36,251 bases of DNA from Proteromonas lacertae (lineage: Eukaryota): the NCBI GenBank assembly GCA_002245135.1, contig NGBS01000586.1, positions 310,001-346,251 on the forward strand. The letters are read 5' to 3'. The notes under the pieces were generated by a model that ran no database searches, was not told where the DNA came from, and saw only the letters and a program-made list of their open reading frames with translations. Shown piece by piece: positions 11,741 through 26,260 of this stretch. Each line of letters opens with the position of its first letter. The first letter of the stretch is position 1. The position numbers were made by a program, and so were the translations under genes.

Positions 11741-12336
11741 AAAGAAAAATCGAAAAAACTATACTGTAAAAATAACGAATATATTTCAATAATTATCCCA
11801 AAATTTTAAAATCACTTTATTCATTGAAGCTTTAATAAATATAGTCAATGTGAAGATATTCCAGAATATGTGAGCATAAAATCATAATCTTTATGATTTT
11901 AGCTTTATAAGTTAGTTAATTGACAATTTGTTGTTCTGTTTACTAACTATGATCTATCTTTTTATCTGAAATAGTTTAATGATTTATTATCAATACTTGA
12001 AATCCTCCACTATAAGTAAACCCATTAAAAAGACTGAGAAGAGGAGGAATGATAGGTGAATTTGTTAGTGTTTGTAAGAATAGTGCCAAAAGACTAGTAG
12101 CAATATCGAGTGAGTAAATGAATATAGATTATTTAAATTGTGAATTAAGAGAAATTATACTATTTAAATAAAAAGGCTTTGTAGAATATGCAGATGTGAA
12201 TGTAGAAAATAGTTGTAATCACTTTAAACGAAGTCATTCAAATGATTGACTGTTATTATTCAAGCATTATTAATAACAATTTTTCGCAATTCAAAGAAAG
12301 AATGATTAATAATAAAATAATAATACATAAATTATA

Positions 12337-15300
12337 CTAATAATTCATCCTAGTATCTTCTGTTTTAACAGCTTTTAATGTAGTTAAAGCAACTCCTTTG
12401 TTTTTCTTTTTACCTCCATTATTCACAAATATTACTCTTGCTGCTTCAAATTCTACATTTTTAGAAGTATTATTAGTAACAACTGTTGTTGTTGTCACTC
12501 CTGTTGTTGACATCATACCTGAACTAATAGACATTTCATGTACATGTACGAAGTATAGTTTTGGTAATAGAACCATCAAATTACTTCCAATTGAATAAGA
12601 TAATTTCAAAAATTCTTCTAGTAAATATAACACTTCATTAAATTCTTCAACTAATACATTAAAAGCAATAAACAAAACTATCATAAAAACACACCAAGAT
12701 ATTGCTCTAGTATAATGTTTGGATATTTCATAATCTCCTTTGATCATTTTGATTTTATATAATTCATAATAACTATAACACAATGATAAACTGAAGAACA
12801 TTAAATTCAGAATTATATAAACTGTTTCTATTGAACATTGAGGATAATAATAAAATGATATATAATCACTTTTATTCACATCTTCATGTTTTACAAAGTG
12901 GGAAAAAGGAGTTATCGATAAATAAATGACGGTAAACAGTATGTTCAAAACATCTAACAATAATAATTTGAATATCACATATCTGGCTTTGTAATCTACA
13001 TTCTTCAAACTATTGCCATATACTTTCTCTATCCATGATAAACTAGTTGATAAAAGATAAAAGAAATTATCAAATGGTAATAAAAGAAATGCCATTCTAA
13101 CTATACATTTTGTATCACTATTCAAATTAATATTCGTATAAAAACTACAAATTGGAGATATTAAGCCAGACAATAATAATCCTCTCAAAAGAACAACTTC
13201 ATCTGCTCTGAATATTGCTGAACTTTTATATCTTTCTAATAATAACCACAAGATTAAGAAGATTATTATTAATAGTACTGTAAGAATATATATTAATATG
13301 AATATTGCTTTTGAAAATTCATAAGCAATTTCTTTCTTTGATAAAATACAACTATCTGTTGAATATTGATATGGAAGTAATTTATCACTTAATTGAAATG
13401 TACTACTTATTGAACCATCCATATTTATATCCGATATATAACAATAGTCTTCAAAACTGTTTGAATTTGTTCCATATATATCTCCTACTAGATATGAACT
13501 CATTTTACTATGACTAGATATTTGAAGATAATCTACCAATTCTTCTTTACTTAGTTTTAATTTTGTTAAAGAATAAGTTTTCTTATAACTATTTACCACT
13601 ATTGAAAATATCGCATCATAAGTAATCATCTTGTTGGTTATATACAAATCATTTGTACTTAATTGCTTTTGGAGATATTTTATATAGGTTATTGAACTTG
13701 TTGAATGAATATCATGACTATATGAATATACTATTATGTTATTTCCTAATTTTTTCATTATATCTAAACCAATCTCATATTCATCCAAATAGAAGAAGAT
13801 TTGTAAACTATTGGATTTTATTATTCTATTACATAATATATAACTCATCTCAAATTCTCTTAAATAATCTGAAGTGATGAAATTAAATATTGTTAGACTT
13901 TTAGACATATTGAGAAAATCATCCATTGTCATATTACCTTCAAATGGATATAAAATATGATCAATCTTTTTATTATTCTTAAAATTCATTATTTTTATCA
14001 ATTCTTTTGAATTGTTGTCATATATAAATATCAGATGATCTGTTATTGATATTTCAGTTGAATTCATTAATGAATGTATTTTGTTGATTGGATTTTGCAA
14101 GAATAATATAATGTATCTGTCACATATATAACCATAAGGAGAGATAATTGGATAGAATAGTTTCTTATAATCACTATTGAAATATTCAAGGAATAAATTG
14201 AAACAATAACCAGATGTACAACCAATTATTGTATCTATCTCTTTATCATTCAATATATTCTTAATTGTATTAACATCTTCAGTCTTGTTCTTTCTAGTCA
14301 AAGAATATCTTTTCAAGAAGAATGTTATATTGTTTGAGATTCTCTCTTCATTTATATACACTAATACAGCATCTGCAAATGATACTAAATGTTTTGATAA
14401 ACTCTCTTCATTTCCTCCAAAATCTAACAACAAACCAATATAAACATTCTTTGTTTCTGATGACGCTTGTAATTCTGGAACAGATGAATATAAATCTTTA
14501 TAAGTTATCATTTCTACTTTCTTTGAAGAAATTACTTCAGCAAAATAGATGTTTCTATTTATCAAATTACTATCTCCAAATGATATTGTTCCACTTGCAC
14601 TTTCAAACTCTTTATATAATAGATTATTATTTACTGTATCAATTGTATATCTATCAACTCTTTCAAATGAACTTAATGTCATTAATATTACATCATAAGC
14701 ATAACAGTTTGTTTCATACATATTGTATGAGTCTCCTAAATATAAATTTACAATATCTACATATTGTTTTGTTGTTTCACCTATAAATGAATAATCAGTA
14801 TCTAATAAAGATGAAATATATCCTTGAACTATATAAGTTCCTTCATAACTATATTCTAAATTATCATTTGTTACTATATCTTGAAATAAGAAATATGTTG
14901 AACATTTTCCATTTTCATTGAATTCTTTCATAACATTTTTACTTATTGAACATGGTAATGTATTAATAAAAGCACAAGATGATGAATTATAACATCCTTT
15001 TAATTCTTCTAATGACTTGCTTGGATTATCATTATCATATTCAATAATATTTATATTATTTCCTGATGATATGAATATTTGATTTAATAAAGAGGTTATT
15101 CTCTTGGAGATTTTGTTTCTAGAATAACTCAATATATAAACATCTCGTTTTATTGATTTCATTATTGAAAGATATACTATCATTTGCCATTGAATCTACA
15201 GATGGTCCTAATGAATAAAATGGACTTTTATAATCTGATAATGTATGACCAATATTGAATATTATTGAGTCAAATCTATATCCATTTCTAAATGAATGTT

Positions 15301-18300
15301 TTGGTAAATATGATGATCTATTTGCATAATTTCCTTCATTAGTTACATAATCTAAATTTGTCACAAAGTAAGATACTTCAGTAATATTTTATACTTCATT
15401 CACACAATCTACAAATGTTTTAGTTATTGATATATTACAAACATGTAAAATTGGATAATACATTTTATAATCTATTGTTGGGATAAATCGATTAATATGG
15501 AAATATTTTTCTATTAAATAGAATGGATGAAGAATTGAATTTATTACTCTTTCAGATTCATTAATACTTGGAATTATTAAACCAATTTTTATTACATCAA
15601 TATTTTTATATTCACATGGATTATTATTACAATTTGGAATTGATATATTTTCATATGAAGCATCAAATAGATTCATATAACTATCAGTATTATTCAGATA
15701 ATATTCAGTGTAGATTCCTTTTGGAGAATAGGCAATTGATAATCTTCTCCTTAAGTTATTTCCTCTGTCCAATGAAAATGGACCTTCCATAGAAGGTAAT
15801 GGGAGTGATAATAAAATATCCCTAATTGAAATATCAAGATCAGGAGAACCTGTAAGTGATATCAAATATTCTTGAAAAAATAACGATATATAAATTGAAC
15901 TGTATATTGGTGGATAACCATCACTAAATCTTCTACTTAAATCATTAAAGAATAATGGATATTTTGACATATCTTCATCTGTTACAGGATGTAAATATGT
16001 TCCTATTCTTATGTAATATGGATCATCTATAAAGTAATCTGGAGATTCAATGAATGATACAAAATCAAATAAACCATCTTTCATTGTTATTACTATTGAT
16101 ATTCACATTCTCGATTATTCTTTCTAATATGATGGATTTCTCTTCTATAAACAAATGAAAACCATTTGAATATTCTTTCATATAATTATTTACTTCTTTA
16201 TTAATTATATTTTCATCATTTGAATATATCACATCTATTATTCTAAGACCATATTCTGAAATTAATTTTTCCAACCCATTCATAATATTTCTTCCATTTT
16301 GGATGCAACAATTATTAATACTGGACTATTATATCTATTTAATATTAATTGCATTATTACTGGTCTAATTGTACTTGTTATTGATAATCCAGTATTAATT
16401 ACATTATATAAACGAGTTTCTGACTGGTCTATTTGTCACTAACCATATTGTCTTGTTATATTTATCATATTCAGTAAATAAGGATTCAGAACAAACATCA
16501 ATATTTATTGATATTAATACATTTATATCTTCATGTTTTACATATTTCTCTAATTCATTTCTACATTCATCTTCTTTTGATATTATATAAGCATAACCTT
16601 TATATTTATATCCACTTATCTCTTTTTTCATAAAACTATCCAATAAGAAAAATATATAATGTTTTAAAACTAAATCATATTCATAATCAACTAAAATTAC
16701 TATTCCTGCTGATTTAAAACTAGATAATGAACCTCGAAAAACACATCTATCTGTATTATAATCATAGAGATGATAATAAGGATCAGGATCTTCATTGGTA
16801 TTTGATATGAATAATACTTCATCTACTTTATTATATTTATTAATTCTACCTATCTTGGCTCTTTTATTCATATAATTATTGTAAAATATTCTATTACTTC
16901 CATCTTCATTTTTAAAATCTATTGTCAAACTGATTATTTTTAACACATTCATTGGTGATTCTGGATCAACTTGGCTTGAATCTATTAAAGACATGAACAT
17001 ATTTACTGTTCTTGTTAATATAGTTGCGTTAGATTGTAAAAATGAAGTAATATAAAGATCATTCATATTATTCTCAATAAATATTATTTTGAATGATATA
17101 TCAATTATATTAAAACCTTCTAAACTTCCTTCTTCAAAATATATCAATTCTTCTTCACAAACTGTAACAAATGTCAATATATTGGATTTGACAGCATTTA
17201 TATAATGCAAGTGACTAACATAGTATTTTAACTCATCACTGATTGGACTAATTATATAAACAATACCTGGTTTATTCATTATTATATTACCAAATTCTAT
17301 CTTTGATATTTTTATAATATCATAAAAAACAAATGAAATTGGTGAATGGTTAAGAAATGATGTTAATACTTCTTTATATGATTTACTTTCATTTGATCTT
17401 GAATCATATAACAAATATGATATTTCAATTTCGGGATTTTTAGTTACATAATAGAACATTGTTGGATAAAAGAACTGATTAGGTATCATTCCACCAACTA
17501 CTATTCTTTTATCACAAAAACTACCTGGGAAATTTTGGGGATTGAATAATACAACATCAGAATCATTATATTTTGGAGAATTGATTATTTTCTCAGCTTC
17601 AATCAAACAATCATAATTATTATAACCAAATATAATGAATTTAATCTTCTTATCTAACATTGATTTTAATCCAGATATACAACCACTTAAAGTTGATTTT
17701 GTATCATAAATTTCATAAGATATTGAAGATAGTATAAAATCTCTTCTTAGACTTATAGCACCAACCATTATACTATAATCAGGTACTTTCTGTTTAGCAG
17801 TCATATCAAATATAAATCCATACGAATAAACTGGTTCTATTGTGACATTTGCTCTATTTGAATCTTTCCAATCACAAATATATCCATATCGAAGTGGATA
17901 AGGTGAAATAAATCCATAAAAACCCTCATGTAGTTCATTTAATATTCTCTGGTTATATTCTTCATCATATCCTTCATCCTTATATACTATCACATCCATA
18001 GCGAAGATGTTTGCTCTATCATAAAAACCAGAAAAAAAATCATCACTATCAAAAATTATTTCATAATGTAAAGATAAAAATTCCTCAAAATCTGCAAATG
18101 GATCTGCCATTGATAAATGATGAAGATATAACGATGTAACAGCATACATATACATCAATCTTTCAGTATATAATTCATATACATTGTATTGATTATAAAA
18201 AACTTGAGTAATTTTATCAAATATATTTTGTCTATGACTTACTGTATTAGCTGATATAAAATATTGGTTGAAATGTTTGGGTAGTATCAGTTCTTTACCC

Positions 18301-21300
18301 CATCTTAAACCTATATGCACAACTGAAAACTTTTTAATATTTTTATATTCATTATCTAAATGGGATATAAATTCATAACTCCATTCACTCATAAAGTTAA
18401 AAATACATATGTTTAAATCTGATAATAATCCTTTTATTTCATCTATGAATGATTGATGTATAACTGATTCTTTATCAATATAATATACTTTTGTAATTAC
18501 AACTGAATGATATTTTAATTCTTCGATTATGGTTTTATAATCTTTTATTGGATATGCTTCACTTTCAAAGAAGATAATTATTGATGAACAATAATTATTT
18601 GTAAATCCTATTAAAGATGGCAATATATTAATTACATTTATTCCTGCAATCATTATGTTTCTATGACAATCACTTGACAATGAATCACCTATGAAATACA
18701 TGAGATTGTTGTTATAAGTAAATAAATCATTCAATAACATCTTATTCTTGTATGATGTAATTCCAAAGAAAAGAGTTACATAGAATGTAGCATCTATTAT
18801 ATTATCAATTAATTCTTTTTCATTTCCTTCATAAAAAAATGGTATATAAAAAATAGTTTGATGGGTTTTCATACATCTACTTTCCATACCTATTAATATA
18901 TCTTTATAATCTGAAGGTTTATCAAACACTATTCCAATCGGATCTATTGGATTTGGTATTATATCCACTCCACCAACTGTACATTCGATCATATAAACAT
19001 CCATGTTTTTATAAAATATTGTAGATGAAGATGGAATCCTCATTTCTAAATTGTCTTTTCCGTTGAATATATAATAAGGACTATCTACGAAGTTATGTGC
19101 ATTTACAGTAAGTGAATGAACCAAATTAATTAACATATCTATATAATTATCTTCAGTCATGATTCTTTCTGTATATACTCTCATAACTACATCAAATAAT
19201 TGTGTTATATGATCACCATTTATCATTTCTGCTGTTGGAAACCCTATTGATGAATTTTTGACATTACTATAAGAAATGTATTTTGCATTCTCTAATGGAG
19301 TATTCATATCATAATTAAGTATATTTAATTCATATTCTGGAGATAATAATCTTCTCAATGTGGGTAAAATAGAATTCAGTTTATTATTTGAAAATGATAA
19401 TATAATATTTCCACCTGAATGATTTATGCTCTTTATTTTTGATGCAGTTGAATAAGCGTCTTCATTACTTTCTATTGTTATAGTTGATATTTTCCATTCA
19501 AATATATTCATTTGTCTTTTTATAAATTCATTCAATCCATTTACTTCTTCATGATTTTCAAATACAACTAGAGTACCTTTGTAATGATGATATATATATG
19601 AATAGGATATAAACGATACATAATCAACTATTGAATTTATACCAAATACAGTAAAATAACAATTAGGATTTTGAATAACTTCACCATAATTACACAACAT
19701 CATTTCATTCATAAATAATGACAAATCTATTTCTTTCACATCATCATTACTCAATACACCAAATAAGAATTTAAGCGAATAACTTTCGAAATAATCTATT
19801 AAACCTGTTATTGGTTTTACACCTACATCATATATTCGAAATGGTATATCAACATAAAATGATATTACATTTTGTAATGCAAATAACAAAGATTTACTTT
19901 CATATAATCTGGCTTTAGAATCTATTACAATTCCAAACATTCTTTGACCTTCAACATTATTATTTATTAGTGCTTCATAATATGAATTAAATTCACTTTT
20001 ATAGATATAATAATCTCTGATAAATTCTGGTTTATTCTTATTATTTGCATTGTTGGTTATTATTGATATTGGTTTTAACAGGTAATTATCATCAGTAAAA
20101 TATAATGTAACTATTAATATATATTAATTAAACTATAATAAAAATATACTGTTATTGCTTATCTTCAACTTGGTATCTTTTATTATATCTATCAAATGTT
20201 TGTTTTTCAATTTGCTTATCATTCTACTGGATGAGAGTATTTCATAAGAATACAGTCTAAATATATTATATTATTGAATATATATGTATTATACGCTGAA
20301 GATGACATAAAATAATATATTGAATTTTGTATTGGCAATATTGAATCATCAAAATCTTTTAGATTTTTGTTTAGATTTTTCATTGTTGAATGTAAATAAT
20401 CAGAAACAAACTGATATTTTCTTTCATACGATGGATTTGCAAAGAATTTGGAATTCATTCTCAAAAAATAGATTTTACTATTGTTTAACAACAATAAATC
20501 CAGCTTTTCGTTTATTAAATCGGATTCATCATTAAATAGATTTATATATATTATATTTCTTTCATTGTAATCTAATAAATAATCTCTTAAATCAGATATT
20601 ACTTCATCAACTGTATTTTTACCAATATCACCTATTCTATATTCAAATCCTGTTGAATTGTATAAATAATCAAAATAAATAAACATCTTTCTTATTCCAT
20701 TTTGATCTATTAATTTCGAATTACTAATATAATAATATCTTGTTATATTATATCTGTAATATTCAAATGGCAAAGATGATTCTATATAACTTGATGTTTC
20801 TATCCCTATATTAAATAGATTTATATAACACATAGTTGTATCATCCTCTGAAGGATATAAACTAAATAATGGAATATCAACTGATAATAAAGACAATATC
20901 TTCATCTTTTCTTTCATTGATCTAAAACCATAAATTACCAAAGGATTATAAACTTCCATCATTTTGTTAAATTTCATTTCATATTCATTTTCATCATTTT
21001 CAATATTTGGTAAACTCATTCTTTCATAATAAAATTCAGATGTATCATAATGTGAAGATGTTTGGAAATAAGAAAATACATAAAACAACATTGAACATTC
21101 AATATTCTCATATAAACAGATTATTGATTCTACCTTCTTCTTTCTTTCATAATTTGGAGATTTCCAATCACATTTCATTATTGTATTATCTGATAATATA
21201 TGAATATATGATGGATATTGAATAATGTGTGGATGAATATCATGTGATAATGTGTAACTACAATTATCATTCGTTTTTAAATCACTTATTGCCATTTCAA

Positions 21301-23368
21301 TATAATTCTCATATAATAATGATACTTTAGGTTTCTTTATTGAGATTCCTATATCACTCATCGTTTTATTTAGATTTATCATTTTAGTTGTTTTACTTTC
21401 TTTTACTAATTCATTAAATAATAATATTGATAAACTTCCCAAATATTCGAAATAATGAATATTCTCTTCTGCATATTTTTTATATTTTTCTAATCTATTC
21501 ATTATTCTTTCAGGTAATGGATTATATCCAATATAAGGATGAATTGTATGATAATTAATCCATTTTGAATTATCAATATAATCATTCTCATTTATATCCA
21601 TCAAATAAACTATCAAATTTGGATGTGCCAATTTGTAAGAATTGAATTCTTCAATAAACAGTTTGGTATATTCTTCACTTAATACACATATAATCATTAT
21701 TTCATTCTCATTCTCATTTAACATTTCATTTTTCAATTCCCCTATACTTTTACTCATTTCAATTGAATTATCATCAACTACTATTATACTCTTCAATTCT
21801 TTATTTCTCTCTTTTAAATCTCTTTCTATATAATCTTTACTTCTTTTACCATATTCACTCTTGGAATATATCAAATATATTCTCTTCTCATCATCATATA
21901 AGGATTTTAAATAATGAAATTGACTTGGAATATTAACTCCAATTGGAATTATATTTGGATGACACATTTCACCACTATTATAACCTATTGTAAATATGTA
22001 TGGACTTTCTTCATTCAACACTTCTATTAGTTCATCATACATTATATTAGAACTATAATAGATTATCATTGAAACATATTTAGACATTAATTCATCATAT
22101 TTTTCTTTTATTGATAATGACATTGTGGATAATACTATTCTTATTCGTTTATTTAATAAACCATTATTATTAACATTTATATCATCAATTGTTTCAATTA
22201 TTCCAATTATCATATCTTCATAATTCTTGTTTAATCCATTCAATCCACTCATTATTCCAATCAATATTGCTTCTTCTTTTTCTTCTTTTCCATTCATACA
22301 TACAATTCCATCTCCATATTCCCATAAATCATTTTTATATTCAGCAACATCACTGTTTAAATTGATTATATCTATTATATTTCCATTTCCGTTCACTTTA
22401 CCAAGGTAACTACTTCCAATAAAACTATGATCAAATATCTTCCATTCTTTGTATTTCACTATCTTATTTCTTGATAATAATCCTAATATTCGTTTTAATC
22501 TTTCTTTGTTTAAACCAGTCTTTTCATCTTCATTCAATGACAATAAAAATGATAAGTACAAATATGTTCCATATATTCTTTTATCAACAATTTCATTTGA
22601 ATTTAATCCCAATTCTACTGATATTCTTTCTTTGTCAATTGATTCAAAATAAGATGATACAATGTATGTATTTGAATAATCATTTGAAGGACGATATGTG
22701 GTTGTATAATATTCATCTAAATAGAAGGATATGTGGATTAAATCATTGAAATGAGGAAAAGAAGAAGTGAAAACTGAATAAAACTTGTTTAATAATTCAT
22801 AGGATGTATAAAAATCTAAAATTATTGTATTGGATTCATCATTGAATGATGGATTTGATAGCTCTATTCTCAATTGTGATAAATCTGTGTAAACCTCACA
22901 ACCAAAACCTATATTCTTCACAAACATCTTCAAGTTATTGAATATTTCTACATATTCTAATTCACCAACTATTATATAGTTAAAACGATTCACTTTTCGA
23001 GATTCAACAAGAATTACTACAATATAGATTTCATAAAAAATACCATTCATTACTGAATTATATATTTGATGTAAATATATAGTCTTGTTATCACATACTG
23101 CTTTCAATTCTGAGTTTACCATTAGTTGTAAATAGCAACTATCATGCACTTCTTCATTAATATTTATTACAACATCGTTTACATTGGGAGTTGAAGATAA
23201 GTCTAAATTGAAGTAATCTTGAAATTTGTTACTCAGCTTTTCAAACGCCGATTTTCTTTGTCTACTGTATTCATCTGTGTCTAATAGAGGTAGTGTTATA
23301 TTTAATTTTGTAGGATCACCTCTACAGATTTCAAAAATAAGTAAAACGATAAATGAAAACAGTCTCAT
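12337..23368 (-). CDS. Giant class C GPCR-like receptor (~3650 aa if intact): signal peptide + ~9 periplasmic-binding-protein (Venus flytrap) repeats + 7TM; frame-disrupted at 15184-16421
   Basis: Signal peptide MRLFSFIVLLIFEICRG. Introns 20257-20294 and 20111-20149 join the 1049-aa and 1178-aa ORFs in frame. UrtA/AmiC-like motifs recur (IIGCTSG..KLFYP..YGYICD; VLFNPQNFPGSFCDKRIVVGGMIPNQ; GEMCHPNIIPIG). Hydrophobic helices at ~12560-13310 show class C features (AIFRAD after TM1, KCIVR..F at TM3, Cys in ECL2). Confidence 0.8.
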
Positions 23369-24699
23369 TTTTTGTATTTGATATGAAACGGATCAAATTA
23401 TTGATACATCAAAATTATGATTATTTTCCAACATAAATAAGTAAGACTATTTAATACAAAACTTATATATATTATTATTTGAGCAACATTCAATAATACA
23501 TTTTCATCTTTTATTCTTCTCTAATTCTACTAAAATATCAAAAATTGTTTAAAATAACTAGAATTTATGAATATACAATACTTACAATTGCAATGTATGG
23601 AAGAATGAAGCTTAAAAACATAAGATAGAAGCTTCTGTGATAGAATAATCAAAAACTATATAATAATTCATAAATCGTATATTAAAACATAAATTAACAA
23701 GAAAATATCATTCTCATTAATTGATTTTACATGAAATGCACATCATCTTCACTATACACCAACATTGTTATCCTTTTCTATTAATGTAGTACAATCATTT
23801 TCTATTATATTTTACATCATTTTGTCTTATTAATGCTTATTAAATACATTTCAACTGATACTTTGTTAAACTAAATAATTTGACAATAATCCAACTTACT
23901 CAATTAACACAAACTGGTATATTATTTTATTTTTAACCATTAACAATATGCATAGCTTATAGCTTCTTATTACAGCTAATAAATTTCATTTTACATCAAA
24001 AACTAACTAACATCTTCCAACGAAATAAATTATATATGTTGTAAGTATTTGGTATATAATAAGCATATAGTTATAACAATTACACTCAATATTCTATTTT
24101 GAATTAATCTCAAACTTGAACCATCAAGCTATTTCACAGTTTTAATTTTATCTTTTATTAAAGAGGCTAAATACTCATGCAAATAATAATAATTTTGATG
24201 GTTAGCTTATAGTTAGTTAGCTTTTATATTGAATGTAATTTCTTTCCATAATACTATCCATATAATATAGAGATAAAGACTAAGACGTTTAGAAAAAGGT
24301 TAATAAATAGCTATCCATTCAAACGCAGTTTTTTAAAGTGATTAAAGAAATTAGTTTAATAATTAAACAAACAAATATAAATAACAAGTTAATATATAAA
24401 GTCATTATTCATATTATCATTAAATAGATTGTAGTAAGTCATCTACCACTCACTACTTGAATTATATTATATTCTTTGGGTTAGATTTGAATTAGAAGAA
24501 GAATTCCTATTAGTAGTATTTCTAATTAATTAATACCAAAAATATGAGTAATATTGCTAGAGTATATGAATTTTACGTATTCTTTGATGTACTTAAAAAT
24601 TATATAAGTACTTTTAATGATTTAAGCAGAAGGGTATATAAATTAAATCAAAGTGATTATTAAATTTTAATATATTGTTTAAACTTGGTATTATTTCAT

Positions 24700-25211
24700 T
24701 TAATTGTTTTTCTAATTCTTTTTGTAAATATTGACATGCTATTTTCTTACCTTCTAATTTTCCTATTTGATGTAATACCATATCATCTAATTGTAAATAA
24801 TATTCCTCATTTAATTCTTTTAGTTATAAAATAATCTCACATGCTATTTCAATTGATGTTTGATATTCATTGCTTCCATCATCTTTCTTGTTAAGATATA
24901 CATTACACATTTCATATAAACAATCAAAACCATTTTCTGCTTCTTCTTTAATTAGTTTATTCATATTTGAATTAAGAATATTCCAGAAATTTAATAATGT
25001 TTGATTTGGTGTGCCAGAACCTTTATTTACTATTATTATAAAGGGGTAAATCACTATCTTGAATTATTGTTTATAATCTTTCTATCATATTACACTTAAT
25101 TCTATCGGCATATTCTTTCAATTTCAATGGTTAATCTATTGAATTATTTTATATATCGTTTGTTTGTAACATAAGTAAAAAATACCCATCGTAATAGACC
25201 TATATTCTAAC
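24700..25211 (-). pseudogene. Degenerate coding remnant interrupted by element A (continues beyond 36013); weakly hAT-transposase-like
   Basis: Joining the flanks at the TSD gives LDNMVKILKPYYDLTVLLEYRSITM in one frame. Further broken coding-like segments follow (LKEYADRIKCNMIERL*, TLLNFWNIL). Confidence 0.35.
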
Positions 25212-25879
25212 GGGATCTTGTGTTTTGGGTCCCACTCAAAATTTGGACACCCTATTTCTAGAGGTGTTTCAACCTCAATAATTATATTTATCTTACTATT
25301 ATCATAAAACTAAGCGTTTCTGAACTTATCTTTGTATTTCGTTTACTTTCAATTCACACATTATGACATTATTTTTAAAATTTGAGCACCTCATGGTCCA
25401 GACTATAGAGCATAATAACTGCATCTTGGATCTCCAATTTTTATTTATATATTATGCTTATTGAATGAGAGTGCTCAAAATATAACAAGAATCGACACAA
25501 ACATAAGTTTGATCATTTTTTCAATTTTTATTTTTTGAGCACCTGCCTCGTATAGGAAGTAAGGGCTCAATATAATAATATATTATGTGTATATGATGAT
25601 TATATCAAACATTCATTTAATTATATTAATCAAATTTTCGTAATTTAGCTATTTACTTAATTATTTATAATTGATTTATATGCATAATAAAATAATACAC
25701 ATATGTAACACATAATATTTATATGTACCTATTTATACTTTTTTCAAACATATTTGTAAATATTTCTAATTATAAACATACAAAACACTAACAGATGTAT
25801 ATTTATTTGTTACTCAATGATAATTTAATCTTTGTCTTAAAAATCAAATCAAAAATCCATAATAACATCAATGTGTCTT

Positions 25880-26260
25880 TTTTCTCAGTTTGCATAGCTT
25901 CTACTATAGCTAAATTTGCACCTTCTTCTACTACTTTACCTTCTTTTACTAATACATCTATAAAATTACCAGTCATTGAGACAAGCTAAGAATTTGGAAT
26001 GATTTACTTCAGGTTTTGGTATCATGCTTTGATAATTTGCTTTCTAAAGCATTTCTTACATCTATAGTGAAGTTACCTCCATAACCTTCTACTAATCTTT
26101 TCATATATTGTACAGCTACTTCTTTAACTTTGTATAACTTTTACTTTATTAAATCACCTATTTTAGAAACCTTTGTATGTTTAAAACAGAGTTAACTTCT
26201 ACATCACCACATAATCTCAATACTATTTTTATTTCTTTTCCATTCAATAAACAAGTCTCA
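25880..26260 (-). pseudogene. PCCA: Captured 3' fragment of a biotin-dependent carboxylase, most like propionyl-CoA carboxylase alpha (biotinyl domain)
   Basis: With two frameshifts it reads FTIDVRNALESKLSKH/MIPKPEVNHSKFLAC/MTGNFIDVLVKEGKVVEEGANLAIVEAMQTEK. This parallels PCC-alpha MPEK..PDTSK.LLSPMPG....V..G..V..G..L..VEAMKMEN. The biotin-accepting Lys is replaced by Gln. Confidence 0.75.

Noticed and set aside
15389..15391. Stop-codon reassignment as an explanation for in-frame TAA
   Set aside because: Intact genes here end in TAA/TAG and use CAA/CAG for Gln. Internal stops occur only alongside frameshifts.
12398..22749. Many short plus-strand ORFs in the ORF track
   Set aside because: They are antisense shadows of the receptor gene with no recognisable motifs.
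23400..24700. Possible genes or ncRNA upstream of the receptor
   Set aside because: I could not support any ORF, spliced model or RNA structure here.
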